DNA from: Vitrella brassicaformis CCMP3155
Lineage: Eukaryota; Protista; Chromerida
Direction: 5' to 3'
Assembly: GCA_001179505.1 (NCBI GenBank)
Contig: CDMY01000292.1
Span: forward strand, 1 to 64,000
DNA length: 64,000 nt
Positions 50,501-60,803 of the stretch are shown here, in pieces (position 1 is the stretch's first letter; every line of letters starts with the position of its first letter). Under the pieces are notes generated by a model that was not told the origin of the DNA, ran no database searches, and saw only the letters and a program-made list of their open reading frames with translations. Position numbers and translations under genes: made by a program.

Positions 50501-51431
50501 CATCCTGCAGGCAAGACATATGAGCAGCTTCCAGAGACAGACGCGTGGATGTACATACACAGATACTGCCAATTTTGAGGCTTTAAGCTGCTTGTAGGGG
50601 CGTGTAAGCGTGTGAAGGATGGACCTGTGAGAGTGTGTCGGCCGAGACCTGTGCAGTTGTGTGTGTGTGTGTCACGGACGCACGGAGGCTACATTGATTG
50701 CGACAAGGATGGAGCGGAGCGGGTGAACGGTCTTGTCTCTCCCACACAGCACAGTGCAGCACAGTGCACACGCACACGCAGGGCCTACACTGACACACAT
50801 GATACATACGGTCACTGACTGTCACTCGTGGTGTGGGTCGTGTGGGGTGGGGGTGGTGGATGGACGCATTAATTGTATATATTCTCAGTCAGTCAGTTGA
50901 CCATGTCGATCGACTAACCAAAAGGCCTCTCTCTCCCCATCCACTCATTCCACCCTACCTACCCCCCAGCCATCGATCCATCCATCCATCCATCCACCGC
51001 ACACACAAACAAGCGAGCCACACGACACCCGCAGCACCCACCCGCACAGACGAGACAGCAAAAAGACCATTAATGGTGTGCAGTGCACGCGTGTGTATAC
51101 TGCGTGTGGATGGATGGATGGATGGATGGACGCATTGCATTCTCTGGGTTACTGACTGACTGACTGACTGACTGACTGAGTGATGCGTTGCGATGCGCTC
51201 AAAGCTGATTTTCGTGCAAAAGTGGAGTATGCGCCTGTATCTGTGTATGTATGTGTGTATGTGTGTGTGTGCCCGGCTTGTTTCCATAGCTGTTCGTTCA
51301 TTGCAGTGAGTGTGTGGCTGTGTGTCGTTTTACAAGTGTCAGAGTGGCCGGGGCGGGTTCGGTGAGAGAGTGCCCTGTGTGTCTTTCTGTGCGAGTGGGC
51401 GTGGGCGTGGCGGTCGGTGTGCGGGCGGTGC

Positions 51432-51729
51432 TATCTATGCGATGCATCGGATGGATGGCGTCTTGCCTTGTGGGACTGCCTGTTTTCCGACAGTGACGCC
51501 TGATTGATTGATGTGATGCGCCCGTGTGTGTGTGTGTGTGTGTGCATGTCTGTAGACACAGAATTGACTGAATGTCACCTCTTTCGGCGGTCCGCGCACC
51601 TGAGTGTCATTCATCCACCGTTGCGAACTCGTTAAGAACTCATTCAAAAGGCGGTGGTGGTAAGAATTCAAAAAGTCGTCAATGAATGCGAGCTCAGACA
51701 GGAGAAAACGATCGCCATTTCGCGAAATC
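51432..51729 (+). repeat. Direct repeat R1, copy 2
   Basis: Matches 46761-47054. Confidence 0.95.
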
Positions 51730-51769
51730 ACGGTGCTTCGGGAGGGGGCGGAGGGCATCAAAGGGGACA

Positions 51770-51975
51770 GTACTTACACGCCAGCTGTTTTTGTGTGCTT
51801 AATTGTGTCAGGTTCTGTCACTCAGTCGCAGGAGAGCCAGGGAAGAGAGTGAGTGCTTCTCTTCTGAGAGGGTGGCCAAGGAGTGACTCACGGCAATGCG
51901 ATGACCGACAGACAGATAAGGTGTGTGTCAATCTCTTTGATGCTTTGACACACACACGTGCTGTGTGTGGTGGGG
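51770..51975 (+). repeat. Upstream cassette R2, copy 1 (inverted relative to 59766-59983)
   Basis: gtacttacacgc.agctg.tt.tgtgtgcttaattgtg..gtcaggttc; gagtgagtgcttctcttct.a.agggtggccaagg..tgactca; tcaatctctttgatgctttgacacacacacgtgc. Confidence 0.9.
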
Positions 51976-52159
51976 CGGTGTGTTTGTATGGCCATTCGTT
52001 TCTGACGCCTGTCTGTCTGCTGGTGCCGGGCGTCTGATATCATTTGAGGTGAGCAGAGCAGCCGCCCTTCCCATGGCGGTCGCCCTCTCCATCGGCGACA
52101 CTGTCCGTTGTGCTCTGTGGCAGGCGGTGGCCATGTGCTGATTGGAGTGGGTAGTGGAG

Positions 52160-53224
52160 ATGTCCGATGCGGTGCCCGATGAGGTATGGCGCAGGCGCAT
52201 TCTCCCCTCCCTCCTCGTCCATGAGCTCGTCTGTGTGCGAGCCACTTGCCGGGCGAAGTCGGCTCTGGTGACGGCTGGTTTGCTGGTGGAGCGCATCGAC
52301 GCGTCCCTCGCCCGCCTCACACTCACCGGCCTCATCGACATCGACCGCACGGCCCCCCTCTCATTGACCTATGTGCTGCGGGTGGCCTATGTGCTGGAGC
52401 AGGGCAGCAGCCAGGAGTGGCGTCGGGTCGGTGTGGTCTTCATCCGCCTCGCCGCCATCTATCGGCTGACACCGGCCAGTGGACTGCCGCTGGTGCTGCC
52501 GGCTCAGTGGCTGATGGCCAACCTCCTCAGCAAGACGACCTTCCATCAGCTGCCCTTAGCCATGGCCATTTACCGCCTATTCGGCCACATACTCACCTCC
52601 CAGGGACAGAGCCTGGCGCTGCAGCAAGCCGGCAACGGTGCCTATCGGATCGGCAATGTGTCGTTCGGTGTGGTGCAGCTGAGTGACCTGCCTCACGGCA
52701 ATGACTATGCTACCGGCTATCAGCGGACCGATCCCGTCATCCGATGGGACAACCTGCTCTACCCCTCCTTCTCATCGTTCCTCCTGCGCACGGTGCTCGT
52801 GTGGTGGCGCCATGGGGTAGGGGTGGGCCGCAGGCACGTCTTGACTGGACGCATCATCGACAATGACCCCCGCTACCGCCGTCTGCTGACCGAGGCCATG
52901 AGCGAGCAGCAGCATGGGGGCATCGCTGTGGACTACCGCTGGGACGGACGCAACCTGAATCATGCCAACCCAACCTACTTTCGATGTGTGAGTGTGAGCG
53001 GCTTCCGGCCTGGTGAGAGAGTCGCTGCGTATGTGGAGGTAGGTGTGGGCGACATCCGTCTGTTGACGACCGAGCGGCCTGTTGGCGATCGGTCTCAGCC
53101 GCTCGTTGATCGCTACCCCATATCGATGCCCCGCTGGCGTGCCGTGCTGAGGCACTTCGGCGTTGAGGACGATGTCATCAACAGAGGGAGGGTGCTGGGA
53201 GGGGGTGATGGGGTGAGGGGGTGA
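52160..53224 (+). CDS. Intronless lineage-specific family protein, subtype A (F-box-like N-terminus), about 354 aa
   Basis: Single ORF, paralogue of 32108-33157. The first ~190 aa are almost identical and the C-terminal half is more divergent. Confidence 0.85.
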   Translation: MSDAVPDEVWRRRILPSLLVHELVCVRATCRAKSALVTAGLLVERIDASLARLTLTGLIDIDRTAPLSLTYVLRVAYVLEQGSSQEWRRVGVVFIRLAAIYRLTPASGLPLVLPAQWLMANLLSKTTFHQLPLAMAIYRLFGHILTSQGQSLALQQAGNGAYRIGNVSFGVVQLSDLPHGNDYATGYQRTDPVIRWDNLLYPSFSSFLLRTVLVWWRHGVGVGRRHVLTGRIIDNDPRYRRLLTEAMSEQQHGGIAVDYRWDGRNLNHANPTYFRCVSVSGFRPGERVAAYVEVGVGDIRLLTTERPVGDRSQPLVDRYPISMPRWRAVLRHFGVEDDVINRGRVLGGGDGVRG

Positions 53225-53771
53225 GGCGAATGGACATGTGTGTGCGTGGTAGAGGTCGGCTGACTGTGGTGGATGAGTGTAGTGGCTAACCCTCCCTCTC
53301 TCTCTCTCGTTTTCCATCCCTATAGCTTCTGTATACCATATTGGTGTGTGTGACTCTCCATATGGCTAGGGAGAGGAGGGCGATGGATGGATGTCATTCA
53401 TCGTTGTGAGTGAGGGAGTGAGTGGGTCGGTGGATGTGAGACGACTCATCACACAGGTTTCTCCGGGTGAATGAACGACTTCTCTCTTGATGGTGATTGA
53501 ATTGACTGGCTGATAGACACCGTCAACGCAGGTCTCCACAGGCGACAGAGCTAAGAGGGTACAATCAATGTACAATGGTCTCACACGTATTGGTCGGCTC
53601 AGCCAGCCCAGGCACCACATCACATTGAGCCACGGACACACAGCAGGTAGGAAGAGCAGCTCCACGACAACGCTGTCCAGCTCGATGCTGTACACAACAA
53701 AAATTACGGCCATGACAAATATACAGCAAAAGCACACGCGCACACCACCTAATCGACAAAAGCGGAGACAG

Positions 53772-56700
53772 CTATATAACTACCGGTGCCGCATAGAGGA
53801 TGTCGGCGGCCTCGGGCGTGCCCAGCAGCACCTCACACGACCTCCTGAGCTCATCCACAATCTCTCTTCGGGTTTGATTGCTGCTGGCGAAACACAAGGA
53901 CCACCCCAGGAGTGGGAGGTCGGACAGGTTATACGACCGTAGTGACCTCGAATGCTCGACCGCCACACGCATGGCACCGGCGGCCTCGTCTTCCCGCCCA
54001 GCGGCGTACAGCTTAGATGCTCGCAGCTGCAGCAGCCTCGATATCAGGAGGATGTCGATGTTGACATCCCGCAGTCTCTGCAGCATCTCGTCCACCTCGC
54101 GCAGGTCGCTCGCTTCTCGCCAGCCCTTGAAGCTCAGCCGCTGCTGCACCTGCTCGATGACCGACGGGCATGCGGGCATGCGGGCTGTACTGGGGCTCGG
54201 GCAGCTGATAGTGGCGTGCTATCTCCCTCTCTTGGGATGGGCTGAAGCGTGCGTCCCAGTAGGAGACGGTGACCTCGGTGCCGCTCGCGATGGGGCGGAT
54301 GGCACCAACGACCAGCAGATTCTCCTCCACAACGTACCTGTGTCCATCAGATAAATGGCCTTGCCCGCATGCTTCCAAAATCTCTACGTGTCACTGGGCA
54401 TACCAGATGGCGGTGCGGCTCAGTCTGGCGTGGCTCAACAACGCTGGCAGCGGCCACAGGCCCCCTGCTTAGCAGAAGAAGACCGAGGGAAAACCCATAA
54501 TGAAAGGCCATCCATCCATCCATCCATCTCATATCACTCACACTACATTACCTGAATGGAGCGTCGGGGGACCTGGCGCCTGGAGGGAAGTCTCAGTGAT
54601 ATCGTCGGGAGTGCGGATGTTGAAAACCAGCAGCCGGCGGAGGTGGTCAGGGTCGCAGTCGATTTGCGCCACAGGCGGGCCGAACTCCTCCCCGGTGATG
54701 GACCAGATGAACCGCGGCAGGAGGGGAAACACCGGAGGCAGCCCAAGACACGTCTCAGGGACTGGAGGGGCCGCAATGGCCAAACCCCCTATGGCCGACG
54801 GCTGCTCCCTGCTGGGCGGCAGACAGCACAGCTGAGAGACCAGCCGAGGGTGCCAGGCGTCCAACTGGGAGGCCAGCTGCACCGATAGCCGTGCAGCAGC
54901 CACACCCAGATCACCGGCATCTTCCACGCTGACGGCCTTTTGGACGATCAGCAGCCGCCCCGGCTGGACATTCCCTGTGGCGATGAGGGTCGGCTGGCTG
55001 TCGGGGGCGTGCCTGATGGCGACTGGCCCGACGTACTCAGCCACGTCGATCGGTTTCGTCGATCTGCCGCTCCGTTTGTTCTGCGCATTGCCCATTGCCT
55101 GTTGATAAATGGCCGCCCAGTCATACACACCGCTGGCATTGGCCGCGTGGGTGTGGATGCGCCGCTGCAGCGTGGTGACGTCTGCTGCCAAGTGACCGTC
55201 CAAATCCTGATCGACACAATGAAAGCACACACACATGTCACCGGTTTCCCCCTCCTCCCTTGTCATGAGCATTTTATTGCTTACGTGTTTGGTGAGTCCC
55301 TGGAAGACGGCATCGGCCGCGTCGAACAGCCTCTCCGCCAGCAGCCCCTGGCCCAGCCGAATGAGCGTCTTCTGCTGGATGACACTCAGCTGTTGGCAGG
55401 GCCCCTTCAGGCAGCTCAGATGGAATGCGGCGGCCGCACAGCCGACGGCGTCCGGCCCGCCCTCCTCGATCAAGTCCGGCTTGAGCAGACACGCCGATGC
55501 GTTGCTCAGTAGTGCCACGAGGGTCGACACATCAGCGGCCGCCAGACCAGCGGTGAAGAGCTCGTGCGCTTCGGCGTATCTCTCGCCGTCCTGCAGCACC
55601 TCGCCCTCCGTCAGTGCATCCGTCACTTCCCGTGGAGCGCCCGCGGCCGGCCGATCTGTCGAGATCAGCGCACCATGACATCCCGCATAAGGGCTGCTAT
55701 CGCTTCCGTCGACGGCAACACGATGCCTTGGTCACCGGCCGCTTCGTCTTGACCACGTCGACGCCTCCGTCGGCCGCCGGTGAGCTGCTGAATCAGGGGC
55801 TTGTAGAGCTTTATGGCGATCTCCTGGACGGTGGCGCTCTTGCTGCCAGCCTCGATGGACGGTGGGGGTGGAAGGATGCGCAGGGCGACGGTGACATCGA
55901 TGAAGGCACTGAGGTAGCTCTCGAGGGCGATGAGGCACTGCGAGCGGCGAATGAGCAGCTCAGCGATAGTCTCACGCTCCGCTCGAATACCCTGACGCCA
56001 CACAGACATCACAGCAGAAAGCCGCCTGCATCGACGGCTCAGACTTCAGAGTCGTGTGTGTGTCGGCCACCCTGAGATAGGAGCGGTAGGCGTCGAGATA
56101 CTTGCCAGCCGTAAAGAGATCATTGCCAGTGTTCTTCCACTCGCCGGCAGTCGACGGCACAGAGGTAGAGCTCGCAGCAGCAGAGGCCGCAGCAGCACCA
56201 CTGCAAAGAGGAGGGCAGCCACATACAGTGATATACGACGTCAGAATGATGGTGGTGCTGTCAATCGAGTGTACGGCCCCCTGTCGGCACTCGACGAAGA
56301 CGGCTGACGAGGGTCCTCGTCGATCGGAGGACTTGACCGGCTGCACACACAGCCATAGAGAAAAACACTTAGACATTCGTCAGCCGTCAGTGGTGTGCAT
56401 GGTTCTTGCCTACTTACCTTGTGGACGAGGCAGTGGAGGGCTCAAAGCCACCCGCACCCTTCGCCGCAGGCCGCTGTGCCCTGCCGATGTTGGCACCCTC
56501 CCTGGCTCCGCTTCTGACACGGGCATACACAGTGGGAAGAGAAGCCATTCCGTGGCTATGCTGTGCGGTGGTGAGGGTGACGGTGAGCTGCTTACGAGAA
56601 GGGCCCGGCACATGAGGAGTATGGCATTGTGTCATCAAACGGACTGAGAAAGGACGACAGAACAACACAGTCACATGGCATCGCGATGCTACGCTTTCGC

Positions 56701-59629
56701 CGACTGCTGCCGACCTGTGTGCAGATGTTGGTGACCCGGGCGGCTCTCCATCCATCGCCTCAGACGGCATCCACATGCCGGCAGAGTACCCCTGCCGCCC
56801 GCTGCCTCGCCGACGCGCTGTGATGCCCTCATCTGCCAGCCGCCCGACGCCCTCCGCTGCTCTCGTCTCGAGTGGCTGGTAGCTGCTCGGGTGGATGGTG
56901 GTCTTGGTGTTCGTGTTCTTGCCCATGGTGCCGTCGTGTGCTGAGGGCAGCAGGGGTGAGATGGGGAGCTGGGCGGCCGATGAGGACGATGACATGTTCG
57001 CCAACGCCGCAGCGCCAGACTGGTCAGGTCAGACAGAACGGCACACAAGGAAGGATGAGTGGGTCAGCAGATGCATGACACGTGTCTGTCGGTTCACCTG
57101 ACTATGAGCATCTGGGAGTGTGAGAAGACCGCTGCTCGCCGATGTGGACCGATCGGAGGCATCCTGAAGCAGGCCTGCACGAGCCCTGTCGGCTGCCGTT
57201 TTGGTGAGCCGCTGGTACTTCGACAGGCCGCGCAAGAGGATGGCAGACATGCTGATGCACCCCTCTACCACCTCCTCGAGGCACCCCTCTACCACCTCCT
57301 CGAGGCCCACTGCCCCAGCCCACACGACGGGCAGATTGGCTGAGCCGAATGCATCGTGGGGCTCAAGGCTAAGCCCCGCACGCTCCTCACCGGCGCCACA
57401 GGTGGCCTGGGAAGCCGCCCTTAGCTGTCGCACAGCGAGCCGCTCTTCGGGTGGGGCGGAACTAGCGAGATCGAAGAGCTGTGTGTCGGTGACCTTGATG
57501 AATGCCGCTGCAGCGGCNNNNNNNNNNNNNNNNNNNNNNNNNNNNNNNNNNNNNNNNNNNNNNNNNNNNNNNNNNNNNNNNNNNNNNNNNNNNNNNNNNN
57601 NNNNNNNNNNNNNNNNNNNNNNNNNNNNNNNNNNNNNNNNNNNNNNNNNNNNNNNNNNNNNNNNNNNNNNNNNNNNNNNNNNNNNNNNNNNNNNNNNNNN
57701 NNNNNNNNNNNNNNNNNNNNNNNNNNNNNNNNNNNNNNNNNNNNNNNNNNNNNNNNNNNNNNNNNNNNNNNNNNNNNNNNNNNNNNNNNNNNNNNNNNNN
57801 NNNNNNNNNNNNNNNNNGGGGTGGTGCGTGGGGTACAGCTATGTCTCGAGCAGCTTGCTCATCGGCCACAGACTCTGTCACACACGCAGAGAGACAAGCG
57901 AAAGGTAAGCCCTGACACGCACCCGCCTCTCTTGCCCGCCTGCGTGTATGTATACCTGCGATTCGCCGCAAGTAGGTCTGCATGTTCTTGCCGGGGTCTA
58001 TGGGGTCTGTCGGACGAACGATCTCCGCCCACTGGGATGAGGCCACCACTGAATCCACGACGGCCCTCCCAGCTGACATGGCCGCCTGCAGTGCCGTGTC
58101 TGAGGCGTTGGCCGCCCACTGAGTGTGCTGCAGGCCGGTGACCTCGAAGACAAAGCCGATCGTGTCCACCGGCCTACCAGGAACGGACGCCTTCTTGACC
58201 ACCCTGACTTTCACAGATCCCCGCTTGCTCGCCCTCTTGGCCATGGCTCTGGCCGTGTCTGCCGCCTCTCTGACTTGTGGCGGGAGCTGCTGCTGCTGCT
58301 GCTGCTGCTGTGGGGCGGGTCGAGACGAGAACTCGATGACGGGGGGAAGGCAGGGGCGCGAGAAGGACGGGGAGGGAGGCCGCTGGCGCATCTCTCGCTG
58401 TACGCCGAACACCAAGCTGCGTGCTTGCTGCAAGTGGGGGTCAGTGCTCATGCGGTCGGGGGACGCACCATGCTGAAGCAGCACGCGGACGACCTGCTTC
58501 AGTCTGTCCATCTTGTCAGCTGAAGGCTTCGTTCCCGACCTCTCACTACGCTGCACGCCCGCGAGTTCCAGTGGCAGGAAGCCCTGTCCATTTCTCTTGT
58601 TGATCTCCTCCGCCCCAAGACGCCCACACAGCCACTCCACCACACTCGGTGCAGCCAATCGGACGGCGAAGTCGAGTGGCGTGTAGCCCTCTGCATGCCT
58701 GGCTGTGAGGGAGGCGCCGTGTTGGGCCAGCAGGTCGAGGTACGAGTGCATGAACTCCGACGGCAGTGAAAGCGCTTCTCCGCCTGCCACGTGCATGGGG
58801 GTAGCCCCGCTCTTCTCGAGCTGCTCGGTCGCCAATGTCGGATCATGCTGGAACAGCCGGCGGTAGACGTCAAGAAGGGAGCTGTAATACTGGGGGCTGG
58901 GGGACGAGGGAAGGACACTTGATGGCGGGAGGTCGCCCAGCCCCAGGCCTCGCACAGCCGCCCCACGCTTGAGCAGCACCTCCACAGCGGTCAGATTGGC
59001 GCACCAGCCAGCCACTCGGAGAGGAAGACCTATCACGTCCATCCGCCTAGTTCTGCCGCCGTTCACATCAGCCCCAACCTCGATCAGCGCCTCGAGCACC
59101 GCCCGCTGCACCTCGCGAGATGGCCAGAGGGAGGTCGAGCCGCCTGTCGTCATGCAGCTCCTTCCTGTCAGCAAACAACACAGGAATGGAGCTGTCGGCC
59201 GCGTCAATGGCCACCGACAGCAAGCTGATGGGCCCCTTCCGTAGACGAAGTGGATGGTCGGTGGCCAGACTGATGGCCATCTCGGCATCAGCTCCTTTCT
59301 CGCGGCACAGTCTTTGAATTTCAGACTCTGCGTCGGGCGAGCGACACAGAATGACGGAAGCCAGCTGCCGGTTGGCGGGGGTGTCGATGATCGGGCCGAG
59401 AGAGAAGTCTTGCGGACTGAGTTGGTCGTCTAGCTGCCGCCCGTAGGAGGGCTCCTGGTCAGTCTAAATGGATCAAGCACAAGCACACAGGAGACCACAT
59501 GGACGTCACAGCGAAAGGCTGCCTTTCCGTCTCATTCACCTGGCTGGACGAGGGCATGTCATCCACTGGCGGCCAAGAATAGGCAGCCGCCGGCCGGCGC
59601 CTCCCAGACGAGCCAGACAACGACTTCAT
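53772..59629 (-). CDS. Probable single multidomain gene: ankyrin repeats, linker, TPRs, degenerate SET domain, C-terminal helical/TPR region; frameshift near 59128, spans a gap
   Basis: Ankyrin part: ALIEVGADVNG, GATPMHVAG, GYTPLDFAV, GFLPLELAG. TPR part: AGEWKNTGNDLFTAGKYLDAYRSY, RYAEAHELFTAGL..LLSNASACLL. SET-like part: YDWAAI..DVAEYVGPVAIR..LIATGNVQPGRLLIVQKA and GLWPLPALLSHAR..W|YVVEENLLVVGAIRPIASGTEVTVSY. Splice phases are consistent from 57500 down to the SET exons. Continuity across the N gap is unproven. Confidence 0.65.
57518..57817. other. Assembly gap (300 N)
   Basis: Run of N. Confidence 1.
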
Positions 59630-59765
59630 CTGCACACCAGACTGAATTCCTTGCGTGTCCTTCGCCTTTCGGCACCGCTGCTGTCCGTTCGTGCGCTCAC
59701 TGACCTGAATGAGCCGAATGCACGGCTTGGACGCCCTCGAGGCACTGCTTGACAGACACCCAGCA

Positions 59766-59983
59766 GCACCACAGGCGGCACGTGTGTGTGTCAAAGCATC
59801 AAAGAGATTGATCTCCCGTTGTGCCTCACACACCTTGTCTGTCGGTCACCCCCTTCCCCTGAGTCACCCCTTGGCCACCCTGTGAGAAGAGAAGCACTCA
59901 CTCACTCTCAATCAAAGCGATGATCTGCGACCGAACCTGACACAACACAATTAAGCACACAGAAGCAGCTAGCGTGTAAGTAC
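59766..59983 (-). repeat. Upstream cassette R2, copy 2 (inverted), upstream of the ankyrin gene
   Basis: Reverse complement matches 51770-51975 with indels. Confidence 0.9.
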
Positions 59984-60470
59984 CGTGCCCCGGCATGGTG
60001 CGGAAGTACCGTACCCAATCAGGGTAGTTCTTCTCATCTTCGGAGAAGGTTGGTACGTCGCTGGTGCTGAGCTTGACGTAGTCGCTCCCGGTGGTCGTAG
60101 ATCTCGTGGTGGAGCTTGGTCAGGAGGCGAGGGGAGTCGACGGGAGTCGAGCGGCGAGTGTGGGGGTCTAAGGGGTGACCGAGGGAGGCCGAATGGACGA
60201 CGGGGTGACGAAGATCTGGGCAGATCTTTGGCTCAGCAGCGACAGCCAGAACGACTTGCTGCGCCCATGTCGGAAGATGAGCTCGAGTGGCTGTGGAGGA
60301 TCGCTGTCGTTGCCCGTGAAGGCAACAGATGAGCCAGAGGGACGGTTCACGAGAAGGAGGCAGAGTTCAGGGTGCTCAGGGTTCTCAGTATGCAGTTGCA
60401 TTACACGAGATCTACCCCAACTCACACGCCGCAGGCGTGGGAGTTTCGCAATGCCTCAATCACCCCGCGA

Positions 60471-60803
60471 CGATTTTGAAGGCGCTGCTCATCGAAGGTG
60501 AGAGGGCAGCGAGAGGCGCAAAGGACGACCGACAATGCTTCACACAGCTGCTGGTGGTTTGTCTGAGCAGATCTCAAGTCTCTGCGTCGCTCCTCGCTCA
60601 AGTTTGTGGTGTGCTGTGTGTCTGCAGAGTCACTCATTCACCAGGGCTCACTCCCCCCGCCTCTCTGCTGTGACGGTGTCTGTCTGAGGTGAGCAGAGCA
60701 TCCCGCCCTCCCATGGATCTCGTCTGACTGACTGATTGCCATTCACTCGTTCGTGTGTCCTTCCTCTTTTGATTCATTCAGATCTCTCACTCACTCACCG
60801 ATG
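60471..60803 (+). repeat. Upstream cassette R3, copy 2
   Basis: Matches the reverse complement of 46425-46729. Confidence 0.9.

Noticed and set aside
46761-51729. R1 direct repeats as LTRs of a retrotransposon
   Set aside because: No TG..CA termini, PBS/PPT, TSD or gag/pol; the interior is a normal spliced coiled-coil gene.
51435-51761. ORFs within R1 (e.g. MMPSAPSR...; 46721-46996)
   Set aside because: Short, run into (CA)n tracts and are not conserved in frame between the two copies.
59985-60430. ORFs between R2 and R3
   Set aside because: No motif or splice support; could be a degraded fragment, but nothing identifiable.
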